This document shows, in pieces, positions 41,072-56,500 of a stretch of DNA of 64,000 bases. The stretch is from Schizochytrium sp. TIO01 (taxonomy: Eukaryota; Protista; Bigyra: Labyrinthulomycetes): the NCBI GenBank assembly GCA_004764695.1, contig SMSO01000004.1, positions 558,001 through 622,000 on the forward strand, given 5' to 3'. Made by a program: the position numbers and the translations under genes. Position 1 is the stretch's first letter; every line of letters begins with the position of its first letter. The notes beneath the pieces are model-generated. The model was not told the origin of the DNA and did not search any database. It worked only from the letters and a program-made list of their open reading frames with translations.

Positions 41072-43620
41072 CTCAGTGAGACTGTCAACGAGCATCATCA
41101 ATCGCATCGGACCTCGGTGCTTTCTTCATGGCTGGCCGAGCAGGAAGGGTATTCAACAGGCTGTTGTTGCGTCAATCGATTGATTGATGGATGGATGGAT
41201 GGATGGATGGATTAACTCGTTGGTTCTTTGATTCTTTGATTGCTCAAACAATTGGACGTCCACAGTCAATCTCTCTCGGTCCATGAGTTAGTCTGACTGT
41301 CTGAGTTTCCCAGAGACTGCGTTTCGCAAAGGCGTCGCCACAGCAAATAAACCGAAGATAGATCAATGAAGGTGAATCGAAGATAGGTCAAAGAAGGTAA
41401 ATCGGAGAGAGATTATAGACAGGTGCTGATTGGTTGCACAGATAGACAACTGGGCAAAAAGAGGCCATCTTGCCCGCCGCTAGGTTGGAGATGGTCACTG
41501 CTCTCATGGACGCAGACAGACATATTCACAGGCAAGCATAACAAGCATCAAAGACAGACCGCCACACAGAGCACAACTCACTCATCGCGTTTCGCTATCT
41601 CAGTTGTTGCACAGACAGAACTAACTGTCACAACAGCATACTCAGGAGCTAGCTAGCCTCCGCCTCCTAGTAATGAAGACGGGCAGAGAATGCGAAAGAA
41701 GTTCTGTCTGTCTGTATGTCTGTTTAAATGTCTAAGTGTCTAAATATCTGTTTAAATGTCTATATGTGTGAGTCCAACCAAATAGCTGCGCTTGGAGAGG
41801 AAGAAGAGGGAACAAGTTAAAAGATTTTGAGTTGTGTAGAACCTCAAGCCAAAAACTCATCGAAGAAACATGCTAGGATCCCGTATTCCTTCTTCCTGAT
41901 GGAGAGTATAACAGAACATCGGGAAGTTAGTACTACCTACCTTCTCCAAGTAAAAAGCGCGCAGTGAAATTTTCTATTATACTATTATTTCTTTCTAAAA
42001 ACCTTTTTAAAACGATGATGATCATCATAATAATTAGAATAAAAAGTGAGACAATAGCTTGCTTGAGCTTGAATAACAAGACAACAGAATTAAATAAATA
42101 GCAGCATTACTGTGAAAACACCCAATTCCTGTAGAGAGACTCTGTCGGCGTTGATGGAGACAGTATACATGTGTCATTGCCAAAGATGGTTCAGGCCGTT
42201 CTCTAATTTCTAGTACTACTACGTCTTCTCCTGCATATGTAGGCCAGAACACGTCCTTTCATGAAGAGCAAAGCAAAGAAATGAGAAATCGTATTCAGTT
42301 TTGGTTGTTTCCGCTCACGTATTTGGGTTGTCCAGGTTCTGCGTGCTTGGTGCCTTTGAGGTCTTTATTCCACATTCACTCACTCTATAGCTATGTAGGT
42401 AGGTAGGTAGCTATGTAGGTAGCCAGCTTCTTTGAAGAAGGAAAGGACGACAACCTCTGCCATCATCTTGGGAGCCCTTGCAGAAAGAACATTGTTCGCC
42501 ACACTTCTGCTAATGCTGTGTAAGCGAGTAATAGAGTTGTGTAAAGGGTGGTGGAGCCTAGTGAGATTCTCGACATGATGAGCCCAGCTCCGCCTCAGTC
42601 TCTTGTTTGTTGTTCAAGTGTCTCTCCTGCGTTGTTGCGTTGCTGTGTTGCTGTTGTTGTGTTGCTGTTGTTGTTGTGTTGGTGGTTCTTCTTTCTTTGT
42701 GATATCCTGTCTAATCTCTGCTTGACTGCGTATCATGTGTTCAAATGAAGTCTCTCTGTCTGTCTCTCTGTCACGGCCTGTTCATGTATCTATCTATCTA
42801 CCTACCTCTCCATTCCCCCATCGTAATTCTCCCATCGCCGTGCTTCATTCAGAATTCATGCCTTACGATTGAACCTCAAAGTCTTTGCTTTCTTCTCTTC
42901 ATCTTATACACTTATACATAGTACAGTCGTATAATTGTTATTGGAATTGTTGAAAACTAACTTGAAGAAGAAAGAAAGAAAGAAAGAAACAAACAAACAA
43001 ACAATTTGAAAGGCACGCGACGGCGAGAGACCGACTGACACACTGTTGATTCGAGAACTTCATCTTTCCTTCGGGCCAACTGGCGGCCGTCGTCATCACT
43101 GCCATCACTGCCATCACTGACCATCGACGGCCATCGATGATCGATCAAGCCCTCCGCCTTTCGATGATCGTAGCCATTACTGGCTTGACCGCGTCTGTTT
43201 CTCAGGTTGCTTAGCACGCACGGGACTGCGACAACGCAATTAAAGGAACGAAGGAAGGAGGGAAGGTGGGAGAAACTAAGAGTCCGCAACCCATTATGGT
43301 TGGTGCTCCGAATGCTCTCTTCATCCTCGATTATTTTCTCTCTGTTTTCGTAAAAACGCTCGCTCGCGCGTTTCTCCCACCTGAAATCATGAAGAAGGGG
43401 CCTGACAAAAAGACGCTTCCCCCCAAACTCTTCCCAATTTCTGCGTCTGCATCGCGAGTCGAGTATATATATGTAGAATTCACTCCAAATGTGAAGAGCT
43501 TGACGGGTATTTTTTTTATTCTTTGTTTTTCGTCATTTTTTACTTTTATGAATAAATAAATAAATAAATAAATAAAAATTCGATGTTATTTCATAATTAT
43601 TGATATCTTAAAATGTTTAA

Positions 43621-43622
<2 letters not shown>

Positions 43623-43699
<77 letters not shown>
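43623..43699. repeat. (TAA)n microsatellite
   Basis: About 25 tandem units. Confidence 0.95.
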
Positions 43700-43701
<2 letters not shown>

Positions 43702-44723
43702 CTGCTTATAATCAATCAGAACTGCGTCGAAATCATTGTAAGGAGAAAAGAAGAGTGCGTGCGAGAAGAAAGGTGAAGAATGAGAGTCGGAGTGCGGCTC
43801 CCTCCCTCCTGATGGGCGAGCGTACACAGCAGTGAGTGAGCCAAAAGCGATGGAAAAGCGGGTATTCCCTGGTGGGCGAAACCACGAGGTCCAAAGTTCG
43901 CCACGTTCAACAGAAAGAAGCACGGACAATGCATGGGAACCTCAACACTGCCAAGCTCTGTCCATGTCTCGTCTGCTCAACTATAGAGTGCCACGTGAAG
44001 AGAGAGAAAGGGGCCCGGGAGAATGAATGAATTTGATGAGCAAAGCATGAGGAGGCGAGGTCAAGTGCCGACCCAGACTACAGCGAATCAGGGTAGTACA
44101 TAGCACCCATGCAATGAAGCTACTTACTTTGGAATGGGCACTTACGTAGCTAGTGCTAATGGCCATTTGTTTTAACTAAATTTGTCTTAACTAGGCCTTT
44201 CCCTTTTTATCTTTAAATTTAATAATAAAAAATCGCCACGGCAGAGTGCTGCTTTCTTGCAAAGACAGCGTTCATCTTCGCCAATGGTTTGAGATCACAC
44301 GATTTCTTCAAATTAAGGCTTCAAGGCTCACACCAAAGTCTCCACGTACAAAGAAACCCGAAGCACGCCTTCATAGCCATTCAGCTGCAACCGGCCCTTT
44401 TTGCGACGATCTTTGAGTTGCCGAGTTCACGGCCAGAAAGAACCAACTTGAAGTTCGACAACTCACGTACCTGGGTAGCAAGCAGCAGTAATTACTACTT
44501 ACTTAGCTGCGACCAGCAGTTGTCAAGTTGAAGGGGGGAATTAGCTTATGGGCGTGTCTATGCTGAAAACAGAACTGTGTTCGCCTTGCGGATTCTCTTT
44601 CTTGAGATGATGGGTTGGGTTGTCCACTAGGCTGCCATAGCAGTTGTAGGGAACGGCAATCAGTATGGCTAGGAGGACAAAAATACAAAATGCAAAAACA
44701 TTTTACTATTAAAACCTCTTTTC

Positions 44724-44754
<31 letters not shown>

Positions 44755-47700
44755 AATTAATAAAAGAAAGAGATTCTTTAGGTACCGACTCAGCCAGCAA
44801 GAACGATAGAATATATGCATTAAAGGCACCCAACTCGAAAACTTACCAGGCGTGGACTTGAAATATGTTCGTTATTATCCTTGCAATCTAATCACCTGCC
44901 TGTATTTAATCCCCCCCCGTAGAGTGTTTTATGCATTCCAATTTCTGCAATGGTTTGTGCTTCTCCTCAAGAGATCTTCTTGTGAAGCTTCCTGAGAACT
45001 GGAGATAGGGCATCTTCGTGGCATACAGCAGTATCTCTCTCCACTATCGAGGTAAGTCAAATTTGCCTGAGGTAGAGGATCTTTCTTGCTAATACATTCT
45101 TTCTTTGCCTCTTCGATGACTCTTTGCCAGTTTGCAGAAAACTCGAGGCATGTCAACTTTAGAATCAGGTCTAGCAAGGAATCCAGAGCGATCGTTCATG
45201 CAAACTTGCCAAGGTGATCCCTACTGTGCAAACTCCACTTGGCCTCCACAGGGTAGATTGGTACCACCTGCTACCTACTCATAAGGGAGACTAGGAAACC
45301 TGGGTGGTGTCTTCCTCTGAGTCGTGTCTTTGGCGAGAACTAGATATAGAAAAAGGAGAACTGATGATACACCTCTGACTTTGCTTGAACAATCTGAACA
45401 AACGAATACTGCTACTGCTACTACTGCTGCCACCCATACCTGGTGGTGCAAAATTGGATAGAGAAGCCAAACGAAAGTTGCCATTTTCCTCCCCTAGACT
45501 CCCAAACGAGGAATGGAGCAATAGCCAGCTTTGTTGATATCTGTTAGATGCCTCCACGGGCACACAATGTGTCCCTTCGTTTTAGCTGCCAAGTCCATTG
45601 CTTTCTGTTGGCACTAGTACTACTCTACGAAGCCTTAAGTGCCTAGGCAGTGCATGTATGACCACCCTTCTCTGGCTATATAATACTGTCTCCGTAACTT
45701 TACAGTAACTGACGCCTAGGTTGATTATATATGTATGTATTTATATAGAGAAAGTACTAGGTTGGTAGGGTCGATTCGGAGTGCCAGCTCCAAGAGTCAG
45801 ACTTTGACAAATTGAAGAAATTGAAGAAAGAAAGACAATGGGTGATAATACATCGGAAAATGCAAGGATGCTGAACCATGGAGATCCATACAGCTGTATC
45901 ATGAAGTCATAGATCAATAAGCTTCTCCAAGAACTGTCGGCGACTTAAACGGTGAAGAGTTGGCTTTAAACTCAACAAACGTCTTTAGCATTGCCTCTTT
46001 ATTATGATCATTAGAAAAATTGGAGATGAAGAAAACAAAAAAAAATTCTTATCATTTTTATTCTTTTTGTAAAATATATAGGTATACTATGCAAGTAAGT
46101 AAGCCATAATAGTTGTTTGACTATATCACTCAGATCGAAACTTGTGAAGAGGATTCCGCACGTGGCGAGAGAAGAGCTGGATTGCCGTGTATCACAAAGG
46201 GTCTCTCCCTTCCTCGTTGCTGGCTTCTTAGTTGCTCTAGGAAGCGAAGCCGCGAGCGAGTCTCAGGACTGAGAAGTTCAAGCAACCAAACTATGAGGTT
46301 CGCGTTTTTCAGCACGCAGAGTGGAACACAATTGCGTTCCTTCCATGGTCCGAGGAGTTTTCCTCCATCGTCAAAGTACCTCCCTATTCTGAAAGACACG
46401 ACGAGCTCTGGCACTAGCCATTAAGATCACAACCTAACAATTGGCTTGCCATCAGAAGAAAGTAAGCCTCAACTCCATTTGAACTTCCTGAACGCACATG
46501 CTTATCATACTCTCAGGTCTCTGCCAGGTTCAGGCTTTGGACTAGGACTCGTTCTCACAGGGCTTAGAGGATGCGTTTGTGTGTCCAGCAAGCACGACTG
46601 AGACTCTCGCCGACTTTACTATTCCCCAAGAGGACATAGAGAGGGAAGAACACAGAATAGTTTCTCAAAGGAAACAACATATGAAAGAATCTTGTATACT
46701 ATAGCCTCACGCTCACACGAACGGCTGTTATCACTATTTTTTGATTCGACCTTCAGGTAAACTGAAGCCCTGACTGTTACGGCTTGCTGTTTGACAAATA
46801 CTATCGTACTCGCATCTTCTTCAAACGAAAATGAGCTTGTGAAACAAGTATTATATGCTAGCTCTAGAAACATGTGCCTCGTTAAATTTGACCAAATTTC
46901 AATAGGCAGAGAACGCCAGAAGATACCTATCATAGTCTGCATTACGAGCATTTCGAAATTATGAGTGACTAACTTGAACAACATGACTAACCACATTAAA
47001 TAAGTCATGGCTTTTGGTGCTATCTCCTCCAGAAAATGTCTAAACCATCATATTAAACGGTTCTCAAAACTCCGTAGTGCTGTCGGCTCCCTCCTTAAAT
47101 CCCGTTACTCAGTGCTCGCAACTCTATCTTTCGCGTGGGATCTTGGCATCACTAGCGATGCTGTTAGTGGCGTGCATCCAAGTCCTGTTTGGTTGTTCAA
47201 AAGAAATAAGAGAGAAAAGCGCGTGCAAACCAATTCTTTCTTTTAGCAAGAAGCCATTTCTTTCTTTTTCTTTTTTGTTTTAAAAAATGCTATTTTTTAA
47301 TTCTTTTAATTAAATTTATTATTATTATTATTATTATTTGAAATAATGAGGAAAAACACGAAAGAAAAATGTGGTTTACAAAACGAATTGCTTATTGCCA
47401 ATGTCTTAGGGGTCAGGAGGATTAAGACAGCTTTGGCAAGTTCTGTTTGTTGATAGTGATGCCTTGGAGCCGCCGTTTTGGCTGCCCTTCGAGAGTCATA
47501 GATCATCTGATCTACTTTTATTAAAAAAAATCTGCGTTCATTTTCTTTTCCATCGTTTGAAGCAGTACCTAGTTGGTTAGGACATAAAATGCAAGCAATA
47601 TTCATCATACGATGAACCATTAGGTCTGCCTAGCCAGGCTAGAGCGTCATTACCGTACGGCAATGGGTAATGAGGCTATGACGCTGTATGACGCTAAGAC

Positions 47701-49054
47701 ATGTCCCCCAAATGTACACGGGCACCCGATTGCTAGATACTCACACGTCAGCTCTCAAAGCGCAACCAGTATTGCTCAGTGGGAAGTCAATCTCGGGCAC
47801 TGTTCCCGGAAGCTTGACGTGGTTTCTCAGGCCCTGATCATGATGTCAGACATCAGTGTCCCTTCGCCTCATCAAGGACATCAGTGACTTGAGCAGGAGC
47901 GTAACAACTTACTTGCTGAAGCTGGCTTTGCTTTCGGGCACCGCCTTGGTTTCATAGAGGTGATACGAGACATACCTTATGCGCCTAAGCAGCGATGACG
48001 AGCCCTGTGCGTGCTGAAAAGAAGTAGTTAGGAACTAACCACTACTAATACCGCCCGCTACCCACGCGCATACTTGGTGAGAGTTCCTCTCACATCTTTC
48101 TTTGACCCAGCAGTTCTATAATTTAAAATAGATGTGGCTTAATGGAGCAAATGAGATGGAATAGAAAGAAGGTATTTTTATTTTATCTGTAATGAGCAAA
48201 AATTATTTTGTTAAAGAAAAAATAAAGATCATAGAAAACCAATTCTATAATCATTCGAACTCCGGCAGAGTCTGACCCTAGAGGCTCTAGGTGCCCAAAG
48301 AGTGCTACAACAACACAAAGGTACATTTCACTGAGGCTATGGGGACCTTAGGGTTTTGATGTGAAGGTAGTGCATCAGTATTCGTGGGTCAGTACCTAGA
48401 GGTACCTACAGTGCTGAAGCCAGTGAGGACATGTTTCTTCAATCACCCACTGACTGCGAGCTGTTCTGTTGCTCGCTTTCATTTTAATCCTTTCAATGTT
48501 CAACTTATCACGCCTACAATCTATCTAAGTAGGCTCTGCTTTCTTTGGGATCACCACAACTTTACCTGCTACCAAATTCAATAACGCCAGCATAGTGACT
48601 ATCATATCTACTACACATAAATGTGGAGGGCACTCGGGAGACTCCCAACATTGTCCCAGTTTGAGAGAGCTCACTCGTTCTTACTCTAGCTAGTTGTAGC
48701 CACGTTTCATACATACAAAATACCACCTACGTCAGTACTCAGACACTTACAACCTTGGAGGGTAGTCTATTTCAGTCGTAGTGATATACTAATTCTCTCT
48801 GTACCTGCCGCAATGATCTTGGTAACAAGAGATCCCTCCCCTCTTAATTAGCTACTTAGATTGCTGAAGTGGCATAATTTGAAATCAGAGCTGTGTTGAT
48901 GAGCCGAGAGAACGCGGAGAACTCACAATTGGTAACTACTTTTTAAAATCAGACTATTCTAGTATATTGCCTTAGTAGAATGTATAGGTACCCGCAGCAA
49001 CGAGTGCTTAGTTTGGCTTCCTCAATCAGGGTTCCGCACTTGAAGACGCTACAA

Positions 49055-49111
49055 AGCAAGCAAGCAATCAAGCAAGCAAAGCAAACAATCAATCAATCAA
49101 TCAATCAATCG

Positions 49112-49152
<41 letters not shown>

Positions 49153-49172
49153 GCAATCAAGCAATCAAGCAA
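49055..49172. repeat. Compound (AAGC)n/(AATC)n microsatellite
   Basis: AATC run at 49087-49150 flanked by AAGC/AAGCAATC units. A complementary (GATT)n run lies at 49317-49342. Confidence 0.9.
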
Positions 49173-52100
49173 ACAGACCAAAGAGTATAGAGCAACAAAA
49201 TACTAATCTAAGAGAGCAACTCCGGAGACTCTCTGTATTCCGTTATTTGTTGAGTAACGAAGATCGTCTCTGTAAATCTTCATCTCCAGGAAATTAGTCT
49301 TTACTGTCTTTACTATTTGATTGATTGATTGATTGATTGATTCGCTCATTTGTATTCACTCATTCAGATGGCAGTGGCTTATATTGACTTGCGGTAGCAT
49401 CAGAAATTCGAATGTCGCACGTCGCACACGAGAGGTGTCGAGCTGGTCCTGAATTCCGTGACTCGATAAATGCTACGCGTTCAATCAATCCTGAACACTT
49501 ATGAATGTATTATTTACTCACTTACATGTTATAAAGCACCACTCAAGTCTACTAATAGGGACCTGGTTAGGCTGATGGGTAGGTGGGTATAGGTAGGCTC
49601 TTTGACGCAAATCTGTGCTTTGGCAATGACCAATTGACCTCTCACTCGGTCAGATTGGTTCTCTTCGCGCGCATAATGCATGGCGATAGTGAGTCAGCTC
49701 CTATTTAGCGATCTCGCAAAGCCAGAGCTATTCCAGCCATGCCGTCGTCAGGAGATACGTACAGTTAGTTGGTCAAGGACCTCGTGGGTTCTGCATGACG
49801 TTGGCAGCGATTGAGCCAATGCGAGCGACGAAGAGAGATCTAGCGAGCTCGCTGTCAACTACGAGTGTTCGCGGGCCCGTTTGAGTTGTCTGGAGATGGA
49901 TCTCGTCTGAATCGTGTCTAGAATACCCACGCACCTCGAACTGTTTTCCATGCTTGTCCTGGAAAACAGGACTTTTGCGGAGAGAGAGACCTATACTGCT
50001 CTCTCTCTCTCTCTCTCTCTTTTCCTTTTCCTGTTCCTTTTCCTTTTCTACTGGGGAGTAGTGTTAGGAATCAGGCGACATCCGTTCCCAAAGCCCACCC
50101 GGAGGACTTGGGCGCCTACGACTATTTCTGTTCAAGTGGAATCTTCGAATTGAGTGCGTCAAGGCCACGGGAGAAGACAGATCAAGCGCAGCGCAGCAGC
50201 GGATTGCAGGACAGTTCGAATGTGTCTGTGCCTGAGGGGCGCTTCGCAGACCACTTGAACGAAGTAGCACTCTGTGGTTCTCGGCCGAACAAGGTCGATT
50301 GATTGTCACGGAGTCGAGTTCTTACTGTTGACAGACTCTCGTGAACTTGGAGAGGCCCAGCTCGTGCAACTCGTGCTGAGAGTGAAGGAGTGAATTCGAG
50401 TTCTCCAGTAATTCGCCGCCTGCTGGCTGATGATTAGCAGAGCCATGTACCACGCATGCCCCACTGGTAGGGAAACCCAGTTCTTCTGTTTTCAGGTCAT
50501 CCATGCAAGAAACCCAAATGGGCAAGGAAAGGAGAGGGAGAAGAACATTCCTGTCGCGTTGTTGCTTTCCAAAGATTAAAAGGAAACAAACAACCCGAAA
50601 TATAAGTAAACAGATCGTTTTTTATTACTAATATCTTTTTTATTTAAATTTATTTAAAATTCTAATTATTAAAATAATTTCCTGCTACAAGTATTTTTTA
50701 ATTTTATTTTTTAAAGTGATAATAATATATTGAATAAACGGATTCAACTGATGAGTCAGTGAACCCTTTCGGTCTATAAACCCATTCGAACAAACGGTGG
50801 AGGCTGGCGCGGGCCAACAGACTTATTCTTTGAAGCAGCGAATAGGAATCTGGGTGGGTTGGTACGACGGCCTTTTCAAGTGGAGCTTTCAAACTAAACT
50901 TTCGAGTTGAACTTTCAACTGTTCAATCTTCTAACACGGCTTACCAGGTATAGGTCCCTCCCCATACTCCAAGTAGTACCTCCATAGGTACGGCGTACAT
51001 AAGTTTTTATGGTCGATGGTTTTACCATACATATAAAGGTACTACTATTATATATTTTTTATAAGAAGAAGAAGTACGTATTTGAAAGAAATGCTAATAA
51101 TTATTAATTGAAAAAATAAACACTTCCCACCAACTTGAGGCTGGACGAGCAGGAGGAGAGGAAACGACAATCAATGGAGCCATAATGTTTGAAAAACTAG
51201 GAAGCTCCGAGCAGTAGAGAAATATGTTGCAGCAGGAAGAAATTAGAAAACGCGCGGCTTTTAGAAGGATCCATTCGTTTGAAGCTTTAACTATACCGTG
51301 CGCAGAGACCTGCACAAACCTGCGACACCTGCCCGCCTACTGCCCGCCTACTGCCTGCCTACTGCCTGCCTAGCCTGGCTGACTGGCTGACTGGCAGTCC
51401 TCCCTCAAGTCTCATTAGGATCTTGAATGATAATTTCTTGTTTTTCTCACGTTTTTCAATTCTACGACTAGTGTGGAGGAGAAGGCTGGTTGATTCCCCG
51501 CATACGCACTACTTAACATATGCAATCTAAAATTTGAAGCGAGATGGTTCCGCCACTGGGACATATAGAATCTGTCTAGTGGGTGCAATATCCTACCCCG
51601 GCCTTCCTCTTGAAAGTAAATAGTTTATTGAAACGTTATATATATATAAGTACAGAATTTTAAAAGTAAGGAAGAAATTCTCTCAGAGAACTTTAAAGGG
51701 TATCCACAGGCATCGTAATCATTTTTGTTTTTATTTTCATCTTAATTTAAAAATAAACAAATAAATAAATAATATATACTACCTACTTATCTTGAAATAA
51801 AATCAAAGAACAAGAGAGAATCACTCACCTCAATAATTATCGATAGAGGGGGGAATCTTTATCAAATAATTTTTGGCTGATTCTGGTAGAAGTGCAGGTC
51901 CGTGGATAAGAGGTGTCCTTGTGTTTTAAGATGACTCGTCGAGTTGGTTTTTGTTACTATTCGGAATTTATCACCGCCACTCTCGATGAGCTCCTCCTCA
52001 GTAATGGAGCAAAGATCGAAGACTTGGCTGTTACATAGCTCAGGTTTTGATGCGTTCGAGGGTCGAGGGGCATGCAAAACGTAAGGAACACGCAAAACGA

Positions 52101-53550
52101 AAGGAACACAGCGTGGATGGGTCCACTAAAGCTCAGAAACTAACTCTGGGGATGTCAAGCCCAGGAGACTAAAAACCCAATGAGTGGCCTTATTGCCGAA
52201 AAGAAATGAGGAATCGAAATGACGTCGCCAATTCAGCAACGTTTTTCTATTTAGGCCTCATAAAAATATAGGCAGGCTGTAAAAGGCATATAGTCGGTAG
52301 TAGGCCTTAGCTAAGCTTTTACTTGATGAGTTTTCTTGGGTTCCTTCTTCGCAGAGAATGCCGGGGAGATAAATGGGTTGCGGAAGCTGCTGAGAACTGT
52401 ATGAGAAAAGAAATCGCAGGAGAGTGGAGGTACGCACCTACCTTATGTATCTATCTACCTGCGTGCCTAGTATTTTCGAATGTAATTAAGACCAACGATG
52501 AAATTCTTTCTACGCTTTCAACTTGATCTGTGCAGGTTTTTTATTTTGCTCATACAAGCTAGGCAACCTGGCTTTGTTGTTTGTTTCTTTCTTTATTTAT
52601 TTGCTTGTTTATTTGCTTGTTTATTTGTTCATTTGCTCATTCGTTTCTTTGTCTGTATCTATCTACGTATCAGTCAATCAGTTGTCGAGTTTCTCAGTTT
52701 CGAGTTCTCGCATCCCTCCCTCCCTCCCTCCCTCTTGGGATTGAGAAAGCTGAAGTTTCTGCCTTCCTCCCTAGCAGTAGGTAGGTATACCTACCTACCT
52801 ACTATCTAGTAAGCACCTACCCTCCTAGCTAGAGCTAGATGCGGATTCAGGCAGGCTCTGTCATAGGCCCCTTCATATCATCATATTCGCACGAGTCAGA
52901 GCTTGTTCCGTGAAAGAATTTTAATTTTAAAAGTAGGTACGACGACAGCCCAAACGTTGTGGCTGCACTTCAAAATGAGTTGCGGGCAGGAACGAAGTTT
53001 GCATCTTGCTGCAGTTGCAGTTCTAGAAGCTATCATGCTTTGACAATGACTGCAAAGAGGGAGGAGTATGCGCAGCAGCACGAGATAAATTCAAATGGCG
53101 CGGTAATGTCAGAAAGGTTTCAGCCTGAGCCTTTGGGTCAATTTTTTACAATCAATCCTCTGCTGTGTTTAGGTCGATAGCAGGTGCATTATATATATAT
53201 GTGTATATATATACATACATTCCTAGTCCTGCGGACTCAGCTTGGAAGTAACAAAAAGGAACTCACGATCCGATTTGCACAGTTTCGGGTTGCGCAGAAA
53301 GCCATGAATGAGTCACAAAATTGGTTGGGCTGTGTTCTGCCTATGATCTCGCTATTGCTACCCAGCCTACCACCCAGCATTCTTAGCAGCTAGCTTTAAT
53401 TTGGGTTTGAGACTTATTTTGCATCTTGAGCAGGTAGTGACTGATCCTTCTATGATGGCTGACTTTTCTTTCCTTCGTGCAAATCACACACCTCTACTAC
53501 TCACCCATCATGATATTGTCCTTTGTCCTCAACCCTGTCAAAGCCAGCCG

Positions 53551-53590
53551 TCTTCTTCTTCTTCTTCTTCTTCTTCTTCTTCTTCTTCTT
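53551..53590. repeat. (TCT)n microsatellite
   Basis: About 13 units. Confidence 0.93.
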
Positions 53591-56500
53591 GTTCGAACAA
53601 TTAAGAATTTTTAAAGGCCATCCCTGTTTTACTTGGTTGGTAGCAGAGCGGCAAATCACCGATCACAACTCACAAACACCCTCTATGGTAGGTACCTCAT
53701 CTCATTGTGATGGCTCAACTTTACAATCTTTGATGGCTGTCGCCTTGTTCGCCTCATTGCAGAGAACTCGAAGCTTCTGAAAATAGTTTATTTTTAATTA
53801 GTCATGTAAGCCAAATTAATTAGATAGTCATCTATGATATCGAATGTCGGATGAGTGCATCATGGGCTCCGAGTAAAACAAAGTGCTTGGCCAACTTGCG
53901 TTGCGCAGGTCTATTTGCTGACGTCCTGGAATGAAGGAGGATGGCCATATATAATAACTTGAACTATAGGCAGTTCAGAAGGAGGTGCGGTACCTATTAC
54001 GAGCAGCGAAAGCAGCGAAACAGCCGTATTTTGATCGTGGAGTTCCATTGCAATGTACGTAAACACCGCACACGCTTCTTATGGACGAGTCCTTTGCGTA
54101 CTGATAATTAGACTATCTACAATCCTTTTTCTTTTATATGATTACTGGTCAGTTCCACAGGCTACTTCTTGAGATAGAATTCATGGCTGGTTATTGGGGC
54201 TTGGAGATGAAAACTGCTGCAGTATTCATTTCATCACCTGTATGGCTGGAATCGTTAATCTGATCAAACCTGAAGTCCAATAGATAGGCCTGTACCGGAT
54301 CGGCAGAACGGATGCGGATGCAAATTCGAAGATCAACAGACTGTCTCCTGCAACTTGCTGGCAGTCAATGTAACTGGCAGCTTGAAGCACTCAAATGGGT
54401 TGCGCCGGCGAGGAATGGGTTGCGCCGGTTCTTCTCCAGAATCACCCTCACATTCCTGAAGCAATCACCAGGTAGTAGGTAATGTGGCAATTGGAATGTG
54501 TTTGAGATTGAGGGTGGGAGCGCAACGACGAGGGAAGGCTAGATTCTAGTTGGTGGAGACTTCGGGCCATCGCAAAATGGTACGTTCTATAAAAGAAAAC
54601 ATGGGAGTCTACGTATGTTTGCTGTTGCCTCTCGAACCATGACCTTCGCTTCTTCAAGTTGCTTCAGCTGCTGTCTAGTACCTGCCGAGGTACGTTTCCT
54701 ATTGTTTCCACAAACACTTCACAACTTGTAATTTGAGAAACATGTTTTAAAGGAGTAGCAGATAGACAAGATACTAGGGAACTGGGATAACCTAAGTTCT
54801 TTGATCGTGCTGACTAATTGCAAAATAGACACTTGCAAAAGCTTCAGTCGTTATCTTTCAGTGGCCCATGATTCACAGCGAATCTTTATGGACATTTTCG
54901 ATTCCCCAAACTTTGAAAACCTAACGATTTTTAATTTTTCCGATTTGCTGGAAAAACTTAACTTTTTTTAAATATTTATAACCGTGCCTGAGGCTGTTCC
55001 TGAAACGATTCCCATAAAAATTGATGCAAATCACGGCCTATCCCGTGAAAACATAGCAATACACAATGAATACTCAAAGTCTCTTTGGATAGTCCGAGAG
55101 GTCCAATTTTGAAGAAATATTAATTCATTCCATAAAACTTCATACTTATTTACCTACCTACCAATATCAAAGTACTAGCGGTGCTATATCATATTATTAA
55201 AAAAAATAAACAGAAGCCTAAAAGTCGATGAGTAAATTAAAAACGTTAGTTGTTTTCGCGTTTTTTTGTTTTGTTTTTTAAAAATGATCTTTTCATTTGG
55301 TTTGGTTTGGTTTTTTAAATAATAAAAAACTAAAAATCGAAAGTCAGTGGAGAAAGGACTTCGGTATGGAATTTTCTGAGAAGGAAGAAGAAGGAATATG
55401 AAGGCACGACGGTTAAACGCTATGCGACAGACTGGGCTTTCGCCGGCTTTTCAGAAAGTCGTGAAACGACCATTAAGTTTGCGCTTGATGAACGGGTCTG
55501 ATTCCACTGCCTTCTGTTACATTTCATTTGATCTGATTAATTGGCATCCCTTGCACAGAAGGAAAGGAATTGGCCCTCGTGGGGTTGAAATGAATCATCT
55601 CTTGGTCTGATGTCCAATTTCGTCATAGCGGGTCAGGATGTTGCTCAGTTAAAGTGGTTAATGTTTTATTATTTTTAAAAACCGCAGCTAGATTCTCTTT
55701 TTCAAAATCGGCGAAGAGCAAAACACAGCAGGGTTCTTTCCTACATAGTAGAAGTAATAGTCGAAACGTACATAGTTGATGTCTGTACAGACGTTGCCCT
55801 TGAGTATAGTAGCATATGGATCTGCGACTACATGCTAATCGAAGTCGTACTTAAACCCTCTGGTGTCAGGTTGGTATGCGAATGAAATCCTCGTATTGCT
55901 CTTTTAATAATGTGTCCTCTGAATACTCTTATTGTTGCTTAAGGCCGGACGAGACTATTGCAAGCAAACGGTGGAACTCCTTTTTATTTATGCCTTTTCA
56001 GCAAGAACAGCATGCTAACGCGCAACCACTTCAACAGTATAGTGGCGTCTAAGAAGAGCATAGTTCTTTAATTGTGCAGTGTGAGTTGTTCAAACTTCAT
56101 GATAGTCGAGGAGAGTGAACAAAGTAATGAAAATATAAATTGACCGACTTCTTCTAGCTAGAGCTATCTCCTTGAGCAAGCCTTGCGAAGATTCGCGATT
56201 CTGCAACCGACGATAGAACTTTCGTTATGACATCGCCTCATCCGTCCTTAAAAGCAAGAGACACAAATTAGGAATAATAGGTTTCTCATATCGATTTGCT
56301 GCCGACCACTTTTGAGAGCGTGTGCGAAACTCCTTGAAAAATCAAGATAGCCAGAATCGTCTTGCAGTTTGTCACATTCGCATTAAAACAACCTTTCACC
56401 TAGGAGGCTGTTAACTTTAATGCATACTCTGCTATAAATGATTGCCCAATTGTTACACAATAGGGGGGAGGAGGGGAAGAAAGACACGCTCACTAAGTCT

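Noticed and set aside
46619-47008. ORF containing VYLKVESKNSDNSRSCEREAIVYKIL, reminiscent of protein kinase subdomains II-III
   Set aside because: No Gly-rich loop, HRD or DFG motif nearby. The resemblance is too short to call.
54394-54428. Direct repeat AATGGGTTGCGCCGG, two copies
   Set aside because: An isolated 15-bp local duplication with a 5-bp spacer and no associated element.
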